From: an uncultured bacterium
Lineage (GTDB): Bacteria > SAR324 > NAC60-12
NCBI GenBank assembly: GCA_965662845.1
Contig: CBFIJD010000004.1
Span: 33,281-97,280 of the forward strand
Reading direction: 5' to 3'
Length of the DNA stretch: 64,000 nt
A model generated the notes under the pieces. That model was given only the letters and a program-made list of their open reading frames with translations. It had not been told where the DNA came from and made no database searches. The position numbers were made by a program, and so were the translations under genes. Positions 56,044 through 64,000 of this stretch are shown one piece after another (position 1 is the first letter of the stretch; each line of letters opens with the position of its first letter).

Positions 56044-56324
56044 ACGTGTGATGAGCGCCCTCCTCCTGAGACCGCTGCTACCCCTGACGAGTCTGAGGTT
56101 GCGGAGGACGCAGCGCCGGATCACGACTTGCTCGCTTCCTGCACATCCGCTCACACGGACCAAAGCGTGTCTGAACTGAGAGCCCTCGTTGGCGAGACGC
56201 CGTTGCCGGTCTGGTCGCCGTCTGTTGATCAGCCCAAGCGTCGTTTTTACCAAGGGCCACCGCATAACTTCTGTGTTGAAGCTGGACAAGTTCAACGAAT
56301 GTTCGGTTTCTGAGGATGCTCATC

Positions 56325-56732
56325 ATGACGACTTTTCAAAACAGGGCGCGACGCTGGGGATGGGGGTTGGCCTTATTGCTCGCGGCCTGCTCTTCAGGCT
56401 CTCCTGTCGCGACGAACCGCTTCGCCTATCCGACCGACCACCGCCTGCGCGTCCAAGAAGTGTGCTCGCTGCTCTACACCCCGCGCTATGCTCGCTATGT
56501 CGCTCCTTCCTTGGATTCACGTGTAAGAGAAATCTCTCCTCGCGGAGCGAGCCTGGTCGCGAAGTTCGCGGACGGTCGACGCTATGAAATTCCGCTGGAT
56601 TCAGGATTGCCCACACGCACTTACTACTGCGCCTTTGAGTCCAATCCGACGCCTTGCGCGTCCCGTTATCAAGATTGGGATCGACGCTGCGAAACCAAAT
56701 CCCTGCCTCAGGTCGATCGCTACAACTACTGA
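56325..56732 (+). CDS. Hypothetical lipoprotein
   Basis: RARRWGWGLALLLAAC lipobox; GAGGA RBS; four further Cys. Confidence 0.65.
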   Translation: MTTFQNRARRWGWGLALLLAACSSGSPVATNRFAYPTDHRLRVQEVCSLLYTPRYARYVAPSLDSRVREISPRGASLVAKFADGRRYEIPLDSGLPTRTYYCAFESNPTPCASRYQDWDRRCETKSLPQVDRYNY

Positions 56733-56743
56733 AGGAGATCACC

Positions 56744-57355
56744 ATGCACGCCTTGCTTCTTGTAGATCTGCAAAACGACTTCACTCCCAGCGGTGCGCTG
56801 CCAGTTCCCGAAGGCGACACGATTGTTCCGCTGATTAACGAACTACAGCCCCGGTTTGAGTTGGTCGTGGCCACGCAAGACTGGCACCCTGCCGAGCACG
56901 AGAGCTTCGCGGTGCACCACGAGGGGAAGTCTCCAGGAGAGGTCATCCAGCTGCATGGGCTCACGCAGGTGCTCTGGCCCGTCCACTGTGTGCAAGAGAG
57001 CGCGGGCGCCGACTTCATCCCCACCTTAGACCGCAGCCGCGTCGCGCAAATCTTTCGCAAAGGGCAAAACCCACGTGTTGATAGCTATAGCGGCTTTTTT
57101 GACAACGATCGTCAAAGCGCGACCGGCTTAGAGTCGTTTCTGCGAGAGAGGGGGGTTCAGGAGGTGAGCGTCGTTGGGTTAGCGACTGACTATTGCGTCA
57201 AATACACGGCAGCAGACGCCGCTCGTCTCGGTTTTGGGACCACCGTCCTCACGGACGCGACACGAGGGGTCAACTTGCAGAGAGGCGACGTGGAGAAGGC
57301 GCTAGCGGACTTACGCGAACAAGGTGTCCGCACAATCACTAGCGCCGAGCTGTGA
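56744..57355 (+). CDS. pncA: Nicotinamidase/pyrazinamidase
   Basis: VDLQNDF..GAL.V, TQDWHP..H.SF, WPVHCVQ, KG....DSYSGF, GLATDYCV; AAGGAG RBS. Confidence 0.95.
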   Translation: MHALLLVDLQNDFTPSGALPVPEGDTIVPLINELQPRFELVVATQDWHPAEHESFAVHHEGKSPGEVIQLHGLTQVLWPVHCVQESAGADFIPTLDRSRVAQIFRKGQNPRVDSYSGFFDNDRQSATGLESFLRERGVQEVSVVGLATDYCVKYTAADAARLGFGTTVLTDATRGVNLQRGDVEKALADLREQGVRTITSAEL

Positions 57356-57364
57356 GCCGACGGC

Positions 57365-59929
57365 TCAGATCGCACGCAACAGCGCGAGCGGTTTCTGGCG
57401 TAAGGTTTTGAAGCCTGCCAGCGTAGCTGTGGTTACGCTGAGCGCGACGACCGCGATCAAGGTAAACGCGTTGCTCCCCCAATTCACGCTCCAGATATTC
57501 TCAAAGACGACGTAGGAGACGACATAAGAGAAGATCAGGCTCAGCAGCAGACCGGAGGCTGCGGCAAACAGAGCGAGCATGCCGAACTCGGCTTGGATAA
57601 TGCGCATCACTAGGGGGAAACGCGCCCCCAGCGTCTTCAGCAGGTTCATCTCCCACATGCGCCCCTGCACCTCTTGCCGCGCAATCGAATACAGCACGAT
57701 CAGGCCCGCCAAAATCGCTAAGTAGGCCATGAAATTGATCGCGAAGCTCACCTGGTCAATGATCGCGAACACCCGCTCTAAAATGCGCGTCACATCCACC
57801 ACAGAGATGTTTGGATACGCCCGCACGATTGCGTTCTGCAGCGCGATGCGGTCTTCGTTGGGGACATTCCGAATGCTCGCCAAGAACACCTGCGGCGCGT
57901 CTTCCAGCACGCCAGGTTGCAGCGTAATGAAGAAATCGGGCTGAAACGTAGTCCACTTCACCTCTCGGATGTTCGCGACCTCTGTCTCCACGGGAATTCC
58001 CGACACATCGAAGGTCACGCGGTCGCCAACGCGCCAGTCTCGCCAACCCGCAAACTCTTTCTCCAGTGAGATCTTCGCTGGCGCCCCGCTGGCGAAGTCA
58101 TAGCGCTCTCGCAGCGGCGTTCCCATCACGACTTCGTCGGCGAGCTGTTCTGCGCTCAAATACGAGAGATTGTACGTGCGGCTGCGACGACGGCGCTCTC
58201 TCTGCTCATCACGCCCCACGTCGTCTCGGTCACGGCCTTCATAGATTTCTCCATTCACATGAGAGACGCGCGCACGAATCAGCGGCGACACGCGCTCCAA
58301 CTCAAAGCCGGCTTGCGCGACGACTTGTCGCAGGCCATCGACCTGCTCTGGCTGGATATCGAACACAAAAAAGGTGGGGACTTGTCCGTCTTCTGGTCGC
58401 TGCAGTTCTTGTTGCAGGCCTTGCTGAATCTGTGGGATCAGATTGATCAACAGGGTGCCCAAAGACATCGACAAGAAGCAGGAAATCGCGGCGACTCTGT
58501 TACGGTTCAGGCTGCGTAGCGCGATCTTCAGCACCGGTCCACGGCTGTTCGAGAGGCTCCCGCACCAGCGGAACAGCACCCACGCCAGTAAAGAGAGAAC
58601 CCCCAGCGCCCCGAGAAATAACACTAGGAACAGCCCGCCGCGCTTGAGGCCAGCCACCCACACCACTAAGCCACCATACACCAGCAACCCAGGGGCATAG
58701 CTGAGGACGCGCAACTTCCAGTTGGCCGTCCCTTGAAACGTGTGGCTAGTGTCACGCAGCAGCAAAATGGGTTTGACTCCGTGAATGCTGGTGAGCACCG
58801 GCAGGCAGAAAATCAAGCTGCCCAGCGTCCCCAACACCATCGCTACGCCGAGGCTGTTCCATGGGATCTCTTGCGTGAAGCCCTGCGGCAGAAAATCCCC
58901 AACCAACTCGGGCAAAATGGGCAGTGCGATCAGAGAACCGACGCCCGCGACCAACACCGCGATGCCTCCGAGCATCACAATCTGGGATAACAACAGGAGG
59001 TAGGTAGAGTTGCGCGGCGCGCCCAAGCTCATCAAAATGGCGATCTCTTGAAAGCGCCCGTGGAGGTAATCGCGGAACAAATACGCGGCGCCTAATCCGG
59101 CCAAGAAGAGCGCAACTAAGGAGACCAGTCCCAAATAATTATTGAGGTATCCCAACGCGCGCCCCACTTGCTCACTAGCCCGAGCCGGCGTTTGGATGCG
59201 CAGCGTATAAGATTCTTCACCCAGCGCGTCGACCGCCTTTTGCAGCTCTTCCGCCGCGAGGTTTTCGTTACTGCCTGGCGGCAGCTTGTAATACATTCGG
59301 TAAAACACGCGGCTCTTGCCCAGCTCCATCAGCCCTGTGCCGCTGGCTTGCTCGTAGCTCATGTAAATCCGCGAGGCGACACCAAAGGTAGAGAAGCTGG
59401 TCCCCGGATCACGCAAGACCGCGTCCTCTACGGTGAAGACCGTGTTGCCAATCTTTAGGGTGTCGCCAATTTCAAGCCCCAGCGAAGTGAGCAAGTCAGG
59501 ATAAACCCAGATCACCGGCCGGGACAGTTCACGTGCCAGCACATCGGCCCCGATGATTCCTCGCTCCTGCAGCTGCATTTCTCCGTAAAACGGGAAGCCA
59601 TCGTCCACAGCGATGATCTGTGCCAAGCGCGAGTTGGTCTCATTGGCGGCCATCGACACAAAAGAGACCTGCCGTGTGCTGGCCTCTGGTCGCAGCACCT
59701 GCTCCATCGTCTGGAGCTCGACTTCGGTGAAGGGACGCGTGGCATTCACCGCCAGATCTGCTGTGAGAATGCCTTTGGCGTTGCGTCCAAGGTGTTCTTG
59801 GATGGAAGAGTTGAAGGAGTTCAGCGCCAAAAACCCGATCAACCCAATCGCGAGATTCAGCACGAAAAAGGCGCTAAATTTGCGATCGTTGCGGATTTCT
59901 CGCCACGCTAGTTTGACCCAAATTCTCAT
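57365..59929 (-). CDS. ABC transporter permease, double FtsX-type (YbbP-like)
   Basis: LAWRE.R, two FtsX-like TM blocks, PTFFVFDIQPEQ, R.V.W..FQP.FF. Confidence 0.88.
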   Translation of the reverse strand: MRIWVKLAWREIRNDRKFSAFFVLNLAIGLIGFLALNSFNSSIQEHLGRNAKGILTADLAVNATRPFTEVELQTMEQVLRPEASTRQVSFVSMAANETNSRLAQIIAVDDGFPFYGEMQLQERGIIGADVLARELSRPVIWVYPDLLTSLGLEIGDTLKIGNTVFTVEDAVLRDPGTSFSTFGVASRIYMSYEQASGTGLMELGKSRVFYRMYYKLPPGSNENLAAEELQKAVDALGEESYTLRIQTPARASEQVGRALGYLNNYLGLVSLVALFLAGLGAAYLFRDYLHGRFQEIAILMSLGAPRNSTYLLLLSQIVMLGGIAVLVAGVGSLIALPILPELVGDFLPQGFTQEIPWNSLGVAMVLGTLGSLIFCLPVLTSIHGVKPILLLRDTSHTFQGTANWKLRVLSYAPGLLVYGGLVVWVAGLKRGGLFLVLFLGALGVLSLLAWVLFRWCGSLSNSRGPVLKIALRSLNRNRVAAISCFLSMSLGTLLINLIPQIQQGLQQELQRPEDGQVPTFFVFDIQPEQVDGLRQVVAQAGFELERVSPLIRARVSHVNGEIYEGRDRDDVGRDEQRERRRRSRTYNLSYLSAEQLADEVVMGTPLRERYDFASGAPAKISLEKEFAGWRDWRVGDRVTFDVSGIPVETEVANIREVKWTTFQPDFFITLQPGVLEDAPQVFLASIRNVPNEDRIALQNAIVRAYPNISVVDVTRILERVFAIIDQVSFAINFMAYLAILAGLIVLYSIARQEVQGRMWEMNLLKTLGARFPLVMRIIQAEFGMLALFAAASGLLLSLIFSYVVSYVVFENIWSVNWGSNAFTLIAVVALSVTTATLAGFKTLRQKPLALLRAI

Positions 59930-59983
59930 GGTCGGAGAGCTCGTAGAAAGTTAACAAACAATTCGAGAGAGTTTTCTCAAATT

Positions 59984-60139
59984 TCAAGAAATGGCGGGGT
60001 TCTGACTCTTGTGCCGTCTGCAGCGTTCACTGCAATAAATCACGTTTTCCCAGTCGCGGGCCCACTTTCGTCGCCAAGCAAACGGGCGCTCACAGACAGG
60101 GCAGACTTTTGTGGGCAAGTGAGGCTTTCGGTGCGTCAT
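59984..60139 (-). CDS. DUF2256 family small Zn-finger protein
   Basis: K..LP.K.CPVC.RPF.WRRKW...[18 protein letters not shown]. Confidence 0.85.
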   Translation of the reverse strand: MTHRKPHLPTKVCPVCERPFAWRRKWARDWENVIYCSERCRRHKSQNPAIS

Positions 60140-60304
60140 ATTCTCCGAGAAATTAAGTAGGACAGCAGATTCCGTCACCATCTGCAACGGCTACGCCCAC
60201 ACTTTTTGTGCAGCTGCGAAGTTTTGGTTGAAGTTTAGACCTATTTACGTACATTGACGCTTTTGCGGTCATCGTGACACGATCCACCCCAATCGTTGAG
60301 ATCT

Positions 60305-61609
60305 ATGTCCAATTCAGCCAGCCCAGACACCTTGATGCTTTGGCAGCAGCTCCGCGATAAGCACGTGGCCTGTCGCCAAACCCAACAATGGCTTCATCAA
60401 CTTCAGGAAAACTGGCACCACGCCGTTGAGATGCACACCCAGCGTTCGCTTCCGGTGGAACCCGTCTCGGTCGGCCATGAGTCGCAAGATGCGCAGCTCA
60501 TGCGTGCGATCTTCCAGAGAGCCTACGATGCGATCATGGTTCTCAACGCACAGGGCCGGATTGAGCTTTTCAATCACGCGGCAGAGCAGATGTTCGGCTA
60601 CACTTATGACGATGTGCTGGGTCTCCGCATCGGGCTGTTGGTGCCGGAGTTGTTTGGAGATGAGCAAGACGGCTACGTGGACGAAATTCAGGCATGTGAT
60701 CCAGAGACAGGCAAAGTCTGGGAGACCACGGCTCTGCGCCGAGACGGCCAAGAGTTTCTGGTTGAGTTGGCTTTGAGCGAAGTGACGCTGCCGCAGCGCA
60801 AGGCCTTTGTGTTGATGCTACGAGACATTACCGAGCGCCGTAGCGCCCAAGCACAGCTTCTGCACACCTCCCGCATGGCCTCGGTTGGGGAGACGCTGAA
60901 GATGGTCTCTCATCAGTGGCGGCAGCCGCTCTCCTCGATCACGACCATTGTCAGCAATCTGCTGCTGCGTCAAAAAATGGGGACGGTCTGCCCCACGCGG
61001 TTGGAGAGCGACTTGCAGAAGGTGCTCAATCACGCGCAAGGGCTCGCGCAAACCCTCAAAGACTTTCGCGACTTTGCCGAGAAGCCTATTCAGCCGATCC
61101 GCACGACGCCGAAGGGCTTGCTCGAAGGTCTCTTGCGCAATGTTGAAGCGTCGTTACAAGACGCCTGTGTCACCATCTCCGTAGAGCTGGGAGAGTTCGC
61201 TCACCGGGAAGTGCAGACCTTTCCACAAGATTGCATTCAAGTGCTGCTCCGGTTGCTGCACAATGCGGAGGAAGCCTTGGTGGCTCGCGACATTGCCGAC
61301 CGAAGGATCTGGATGCGCGCCTCAGAGCACAACGGTTTTTTGAGCTTATCCATTGAAGACAACGCGGGCGGGATTGAGGCCGAGCATCTTCCGCATGTTT
61401 TTTTGCCCTACTTCACCACAAAAAAGCAGCTGAACCGCGCAGGCATTGGGCTCTACACCGCGCGAGCCGTCGCTGAGCGCAATTTGCAGGGGAGCCTTGA
61501 GGTGCAAAACGGAGAGCACGGCGCCTGCTTCACGCTGAACCTTCCAAAGAGTTTAGACCTTGAACTACGATCCACAATTTCTTCAACAGCACATCCGCAG
61601 CATTCCTGA
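60305..61609 (+). CDS. Cytoplasmic PAS-domain sensor histidine kinase
   Basis: PAS (DAI...G.I..FN.AAE.MFGY, RRDG..F.VEL, RDITER), SHQWRQPL, EDNAGGI, F.PYFTTK, GIGLY. Confidence 0.88.
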   Translation: MSNSASPDTLMLWQQLRDKHVACRQTQQWLHQLQENWHHAVEMHTQRSLPVEPVSVGHESQDAQLMRAIFQRAYDAIMVLNAQGRIELFNHAAEQMFGYTYDDVLGLRIGLLVPELFGDEQDGYVDEIQACDPETGKVWETTALRRDGQEFLVELALSEVTLPQRKAFVLMLRDITERRSAQAQLLHTSRMASVGETLKMVSHQWRQPLSSITTIVSNLLLRQKMGTVCPTRLESDLQKVLNHAQGLAQTLKDFRDFAEKPIQPIRTTPKGLLEGLLRNVEASLQDACVTISVELGEFAHREVQTFPQDCIQVLLRLLHNAEEALVARDIADRRIWMRASEHNGFLSLSIEDNAGGIEAEHLPHVFLPYFTTKKQLNRAGIGLYTARAVAERNLQGSLEVQNGEHGACFTLNLPKSLDLELRSTISSTAHPQHS

Positions 61610-62096
61610 CTTCCCCAAACCGGGAATCATCTTCCGCGACATCACCACTCTCCTCAAACACGCTGAAGCCTTCCGCGCCACCATCCAACTGCTTGTCCAG
61701 CGCTATCGTGAGGTGCAAGGGCTCCACGCTGTCTGTGGCATTGAGTCTCGCGGTTTTTTAGTCGGGGCGCCCTTGGCTCTGGAGTTGGGACTCAGCTTTG
61801 TGCCGATCCGCAAGCCGGGGAAGCTTCCTGCTGCCGTGGAGCGTGTTGCGTATGACCTAGAGTATGGCACCGATCACCTAGAGATTCATCAGGACGCCCT
61901 CGAAGCCGGCGCAACGGTACTGATTGTCGATGATTTGTTAGCGACTGGAGGAACCGTCGCCGCCACCGGAGAGCTGTTGCAACGCTTGGGCGTGACGGTC
62001 TATGAAGCGGCGTTTGTGATTGAACTGGCAGGCCTGAGAGGCCGAGAACGGTTCTCGTTTCCCACTTACTCCTTGCTGAGCTATGAAGACGATTGA
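61560..62096 (+). CDS. apt: Adenine phosphoribosyltransferase
   Basis: IPDFPKPGIIFRDITTLL, GIESRGF, RKPGKLP, YDLEYG, IVDDLLATGGT. Confidence 0.96.
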   Translation: MNYDPQFLQQHIRSIPDFPKPGIIFRDITTLLKHAEAFRATIQLLVQRYREVQGLHAVCGIESRGFLVGAPLALELGLSFVPIRKPGKLPAAVERVAYDLEYGTDHLEIHQDALEAGATVLIVDDLLATGGTVAATGELLQRLGVTVYEAAFVIELAGLRGRERFSFPTYSLLSYEDD

Positions 62097-62156
62097 CCCC
62101 CATCCCTCTCTCAACGGCGGGACTCCTCGCCAGCCCTCCATCCTCTTAGCGGCACT

Positions 62157-62657
62157 ATGAACGAGCCCCCCCTGAACACAACCTACAAAATCTTAGATTG
62201 GGCGCACGCTCAGCGGCAGGTCAAGGCCTGGCACGCCGAGGGAGGCAAGGTGGGGTTCACCAACGGCTGCTTTGACCTTCTGCACGCAGGGCACGTACGT
62301 TATTTGCAGGACGCGGCCTCCCAAGTCGATCATCTTGTGTTAGGCTTAAACAGCGACGCTTCGGTGCGACGTCTCAAAGGGCCAACTCGCCCCATTGTCC
62401 CTGAAGCCGATCGCGCTTATCTCTTGAGCGCCTTGCAAGCGATCGCCGCCGTGGTGTTGTTTGAAGAAGACACGCCATTTGAACTGATTGCCCACCTAGA
62501 GCCCGACGTGCTCATGAAAGGCGGAGACTACCGCGCTGAGGAAATCGTGGGGTATGAGCTGGTGACGCAAAAGGGCGGCGACGTGCTTATTCTGCCTTTT
62601 GTCGATGGGCGATCAACGACCAACATTGTGAACCGTATATTAGAGAATCACGCATGA
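62157..62657 (+). CDS. rfaE2: D-glycero-beta-D-manno-heptose 1-phosphate adenylyltransferase
   Basis: FTNGCFDLLHAGH, GLNSDASV..LKG..RP, FEEDTP, KGGDY, STT. Confidence 0.93.
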   Translation: MNEPPLNTTYKILDWAHAQRQVKAWHAEGGKVGFTNGCFDLLHAGHVRYLQDAASQVDHLVLGLNSDASVRRLKGPTRPIVPEADRAYLLSALQAIAAVVLFEEDTPFELIAHLEPDVLMKGGDYRAEEIVGYELVTQKGGDVLILPFVDGRSTTNIVNRILENHA

Positions 62658-63592
62658 TCATTGTCACAGGCGGAGCCGGGTTTATTGGGAGCAACTTGAT
62701 TTGGGGACTGAACCAGATCGGCATCGATGACATTTTGGTCGTGGACAATCTGGCAAACGCGGAAAAGCACAAAAACCTTAACGCTCTCCACTACGCAGAT
62801 TTTCTCGACAAGCGAGACTTCCTCACCGCGCTCCCTAAACTGCGCCATGTGCAGACAATTTTCCATCAAGGGGCCTGCTCTTCTACCACAGAGACCGACG
62901 GGGTCTACATGATGGAGAACAACTATCAATACGCCAAAGCGCTCTTTCAGTACTGCTTGGAGAACGGAGTCGACTACCTCTACGCATCCAGCGCCTCCGT
63001 TTATGGCGATGGGAACCACGGCTTCGCCGAAGAACGCAGCTGCGAGGATCCTCTCAATGTCTATGCCTTCTCCAAATTCAGCTTCGACAACTATGTCCGT
63101 CGGCACATCGGCAGCGCGCGCTGTCAGGTCTTGGGGCTGCGCTACTTCAACGTCTATGGCCCGCAAGAGAACCACAAAGGCAAAATGGCGTCGGTGGCTT
63201 ATCACCTCTTCGGCCAACTCAACGCCGAGAAGAAGATGAAGCTCTTTGAAGGGAGCGAACACTTTCGGCGAGACTTCGTCTATGTAGACGACATTGTGCA
63301 GATGAACCTGCACTTTTTCCGCACGCGCGTCAGCGGTATTTTCAACGCAGGGACCGGACAAGCGCGTAGCTTTGCAGACCTTGCGGCCACCGTGCAGACT
63401 TTGGAACCTGAAGGCCAAGTGGAGACCATTCCTTTCCCCGAGCACCTTGTTGGCAAATACCAAACCTTCACAGAAGCGAACGTCGAGCGCCTACGAAAAG
63501 CAGGATACGACCGGCCCATGACGTCCTTGGAAGATGGCGTGAGGCAATATTATGCAATCTGGAAGCGCACAGGCGGCTTCCGCAGAGACTAA
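62654..63592 (+). CDS. rfaD: ADP-L-glycero-D-manno-heptose-6-epimerase
   Basis: IIVTGGAGFIGSN, HQGACSSTTE, YASSA, PLNVY..SK, RYFNVYGP.E.HKG.MASV. Confidence 0.96.
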   Translation: MIIVTGGAGFIGSNLIWGLNQIGIDDILVVDNLANAEKHKNLNALHYADFLDKRDFLTALPKLRHVQTIFHQGACSSTTETDGVYMMENNYQYAKALFQYCLENGVDYLYASSASVYGDGNHGFAEERSCEDPLNVYAFSKFSFDNYVRRHIGSARCQVLGLRYFNVYGPQENHKGKMASVAYHLFGQLNAEKKMKLFEGSEHFRRDFVYVDDIVQMNLHFFRTRVSGIFNAGTGQARSFADLAATVQTLEPEGQVETIPFPEHLVGKYQTFTEANVERLRKAGYDRPMTSLEDGVRQYYAIWKRTGGFRRD

Positions 63593-63599
63593 GGCGGGC

Positions 63600-64000
63600 A
63601 TGTCCGACTTTCCAAAGATACAGGCGATCATTTACGACATGGACGGGCTACTCCTCGACACCGAGGGCTTTTACACCGAAGTGACGCAACAAATTGTAGG
63701 ACGCTACGACAAAACCTTCGATTGGGAGGTCAAATCGCAGTTGATCGGCCGCCCAGCGATAGAGTCTGCGCGCAAACTGGTTGAGCTCTTAGAGTTGCCC
63801 ATCACCCCTGAAGAATACTTGAGGGAGCGCAAAGAGCTACTCAATGACCGCTTTCCGGACGCGACGCCGATGCCCGGCGCTGTGGAGCTGACTCAGCGCA
63901 TGCGCAGCACGGGTGTGCCTCAAGCTGTCGCGACTTCCTCTACTCAACCAGCTTTCGCATTGAAGACACGGCGTCATCAGGAATGGTTTCAGCTGTTTGA
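63600..64000 (+). CDS. HAD-superfamily hydrolase (HDHD1/pseudouridine-5'-phosphatase-like), 3'-truncated by window edge
   Basis: MSDFPKIQAIIYDMDGLLLDTE, PMPGA, AVATSS; frame is open to the window end. Confidence 0.88.
   Translation, partial: MSDFPKIQAIIYDMDGLLLDTEGFYTEVTQQIVGRYDKTFDWEVKSQLIGRPAIESARKLVELLELPITPEEYLRERKELLNDRFPDATPMPGAVELTQRMRSTGVPQAVATSSTQPAFALKTRRHQEWFQLF

Noticed and set aside
16527..62096. NAD/ADP-ribose recycling 'system' (NadD-PncC, ADP-ribosylglycohydrolase, NUDIX, pncA, apt)
   Set aside because: The genes are scattered over 45 kb in different operons and strands, so co-location is likely coincidental.
5585..63463. Long antisense or alternate-frame ORFs (e.g. 5585-6442, 15883-16644, 35035-36003, 49043-49819, 51793-52704, 56323-57060, 62648-63463)
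   Set aside because: They are shadows of well-supported genes in GC-rich DNA and show no recognisable motifs.
1..64000. CRISPR array, tRNA, rRNA, tmRNA, RNase P or SRP RNA
   Set aside because: No repeat-spacer pattern or diagnostic RNA motifs were found by eye in the intergenic regions; a covariance-model scan was not possible.

Overview
Gene-dense, GC-rich chromosomal segment of a Gram-negative bacterium (lpxB, Tol-Pal genes, ADP-heptose genes). Its protein types suggest a deltaproteobacteria/SAR324-like organism, but that is only an impression. About 65 CDSs are supported. (1) 1-10050 is a tightly coupled catabolic operon of unknown substrate: a sugar-type ABC importer, a cupin, a half-size MetE-like Zn/thiol enzyme, an RraA-like aldolase, two SnoaL-fold proteins, a HisD/HpsN-like dehydrogenase and an SDR. 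(2) 10119-11748 is a 1.63-kb mosaic foreign insert flanked by a 218-bp direct repeat with one mismatch. It carries an intact ABC-type AAA ATPase, a truncated DUF4276/TOPRIM-like partner, a 9-bp-period repeat and a decayed gene fragment. (3) The rest is mostly housekeeping: recN, mrp, ubiE/menG, cimA, lpxB, pal-tolQ-tolR, cheY, ribD-C/ribBA, parE, prkA, serA, moaA with a Moco-family riboswitch, pncA, apt, rfaE2 and rfaD. The most unusual signals are a full-length DnaA paralogue lacking its arginine finger and sensor II but ending in an Hda-like clamp-binding motif (QLSMPL); two distant paralogous small helical proteins (one ~20% Met) sharing an upstream AATTGCAA-N4-AATTRCAA motif; a NadD-PncC fusion; a hybrid kinase whose first His and receiver Asp are both lost; and several unannotated small membrane ORFs. 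I saw no tRNA, rRNA, CRISPR array, integrase or transposase. All family calls come from recognising motifs by eye, not from database searches.
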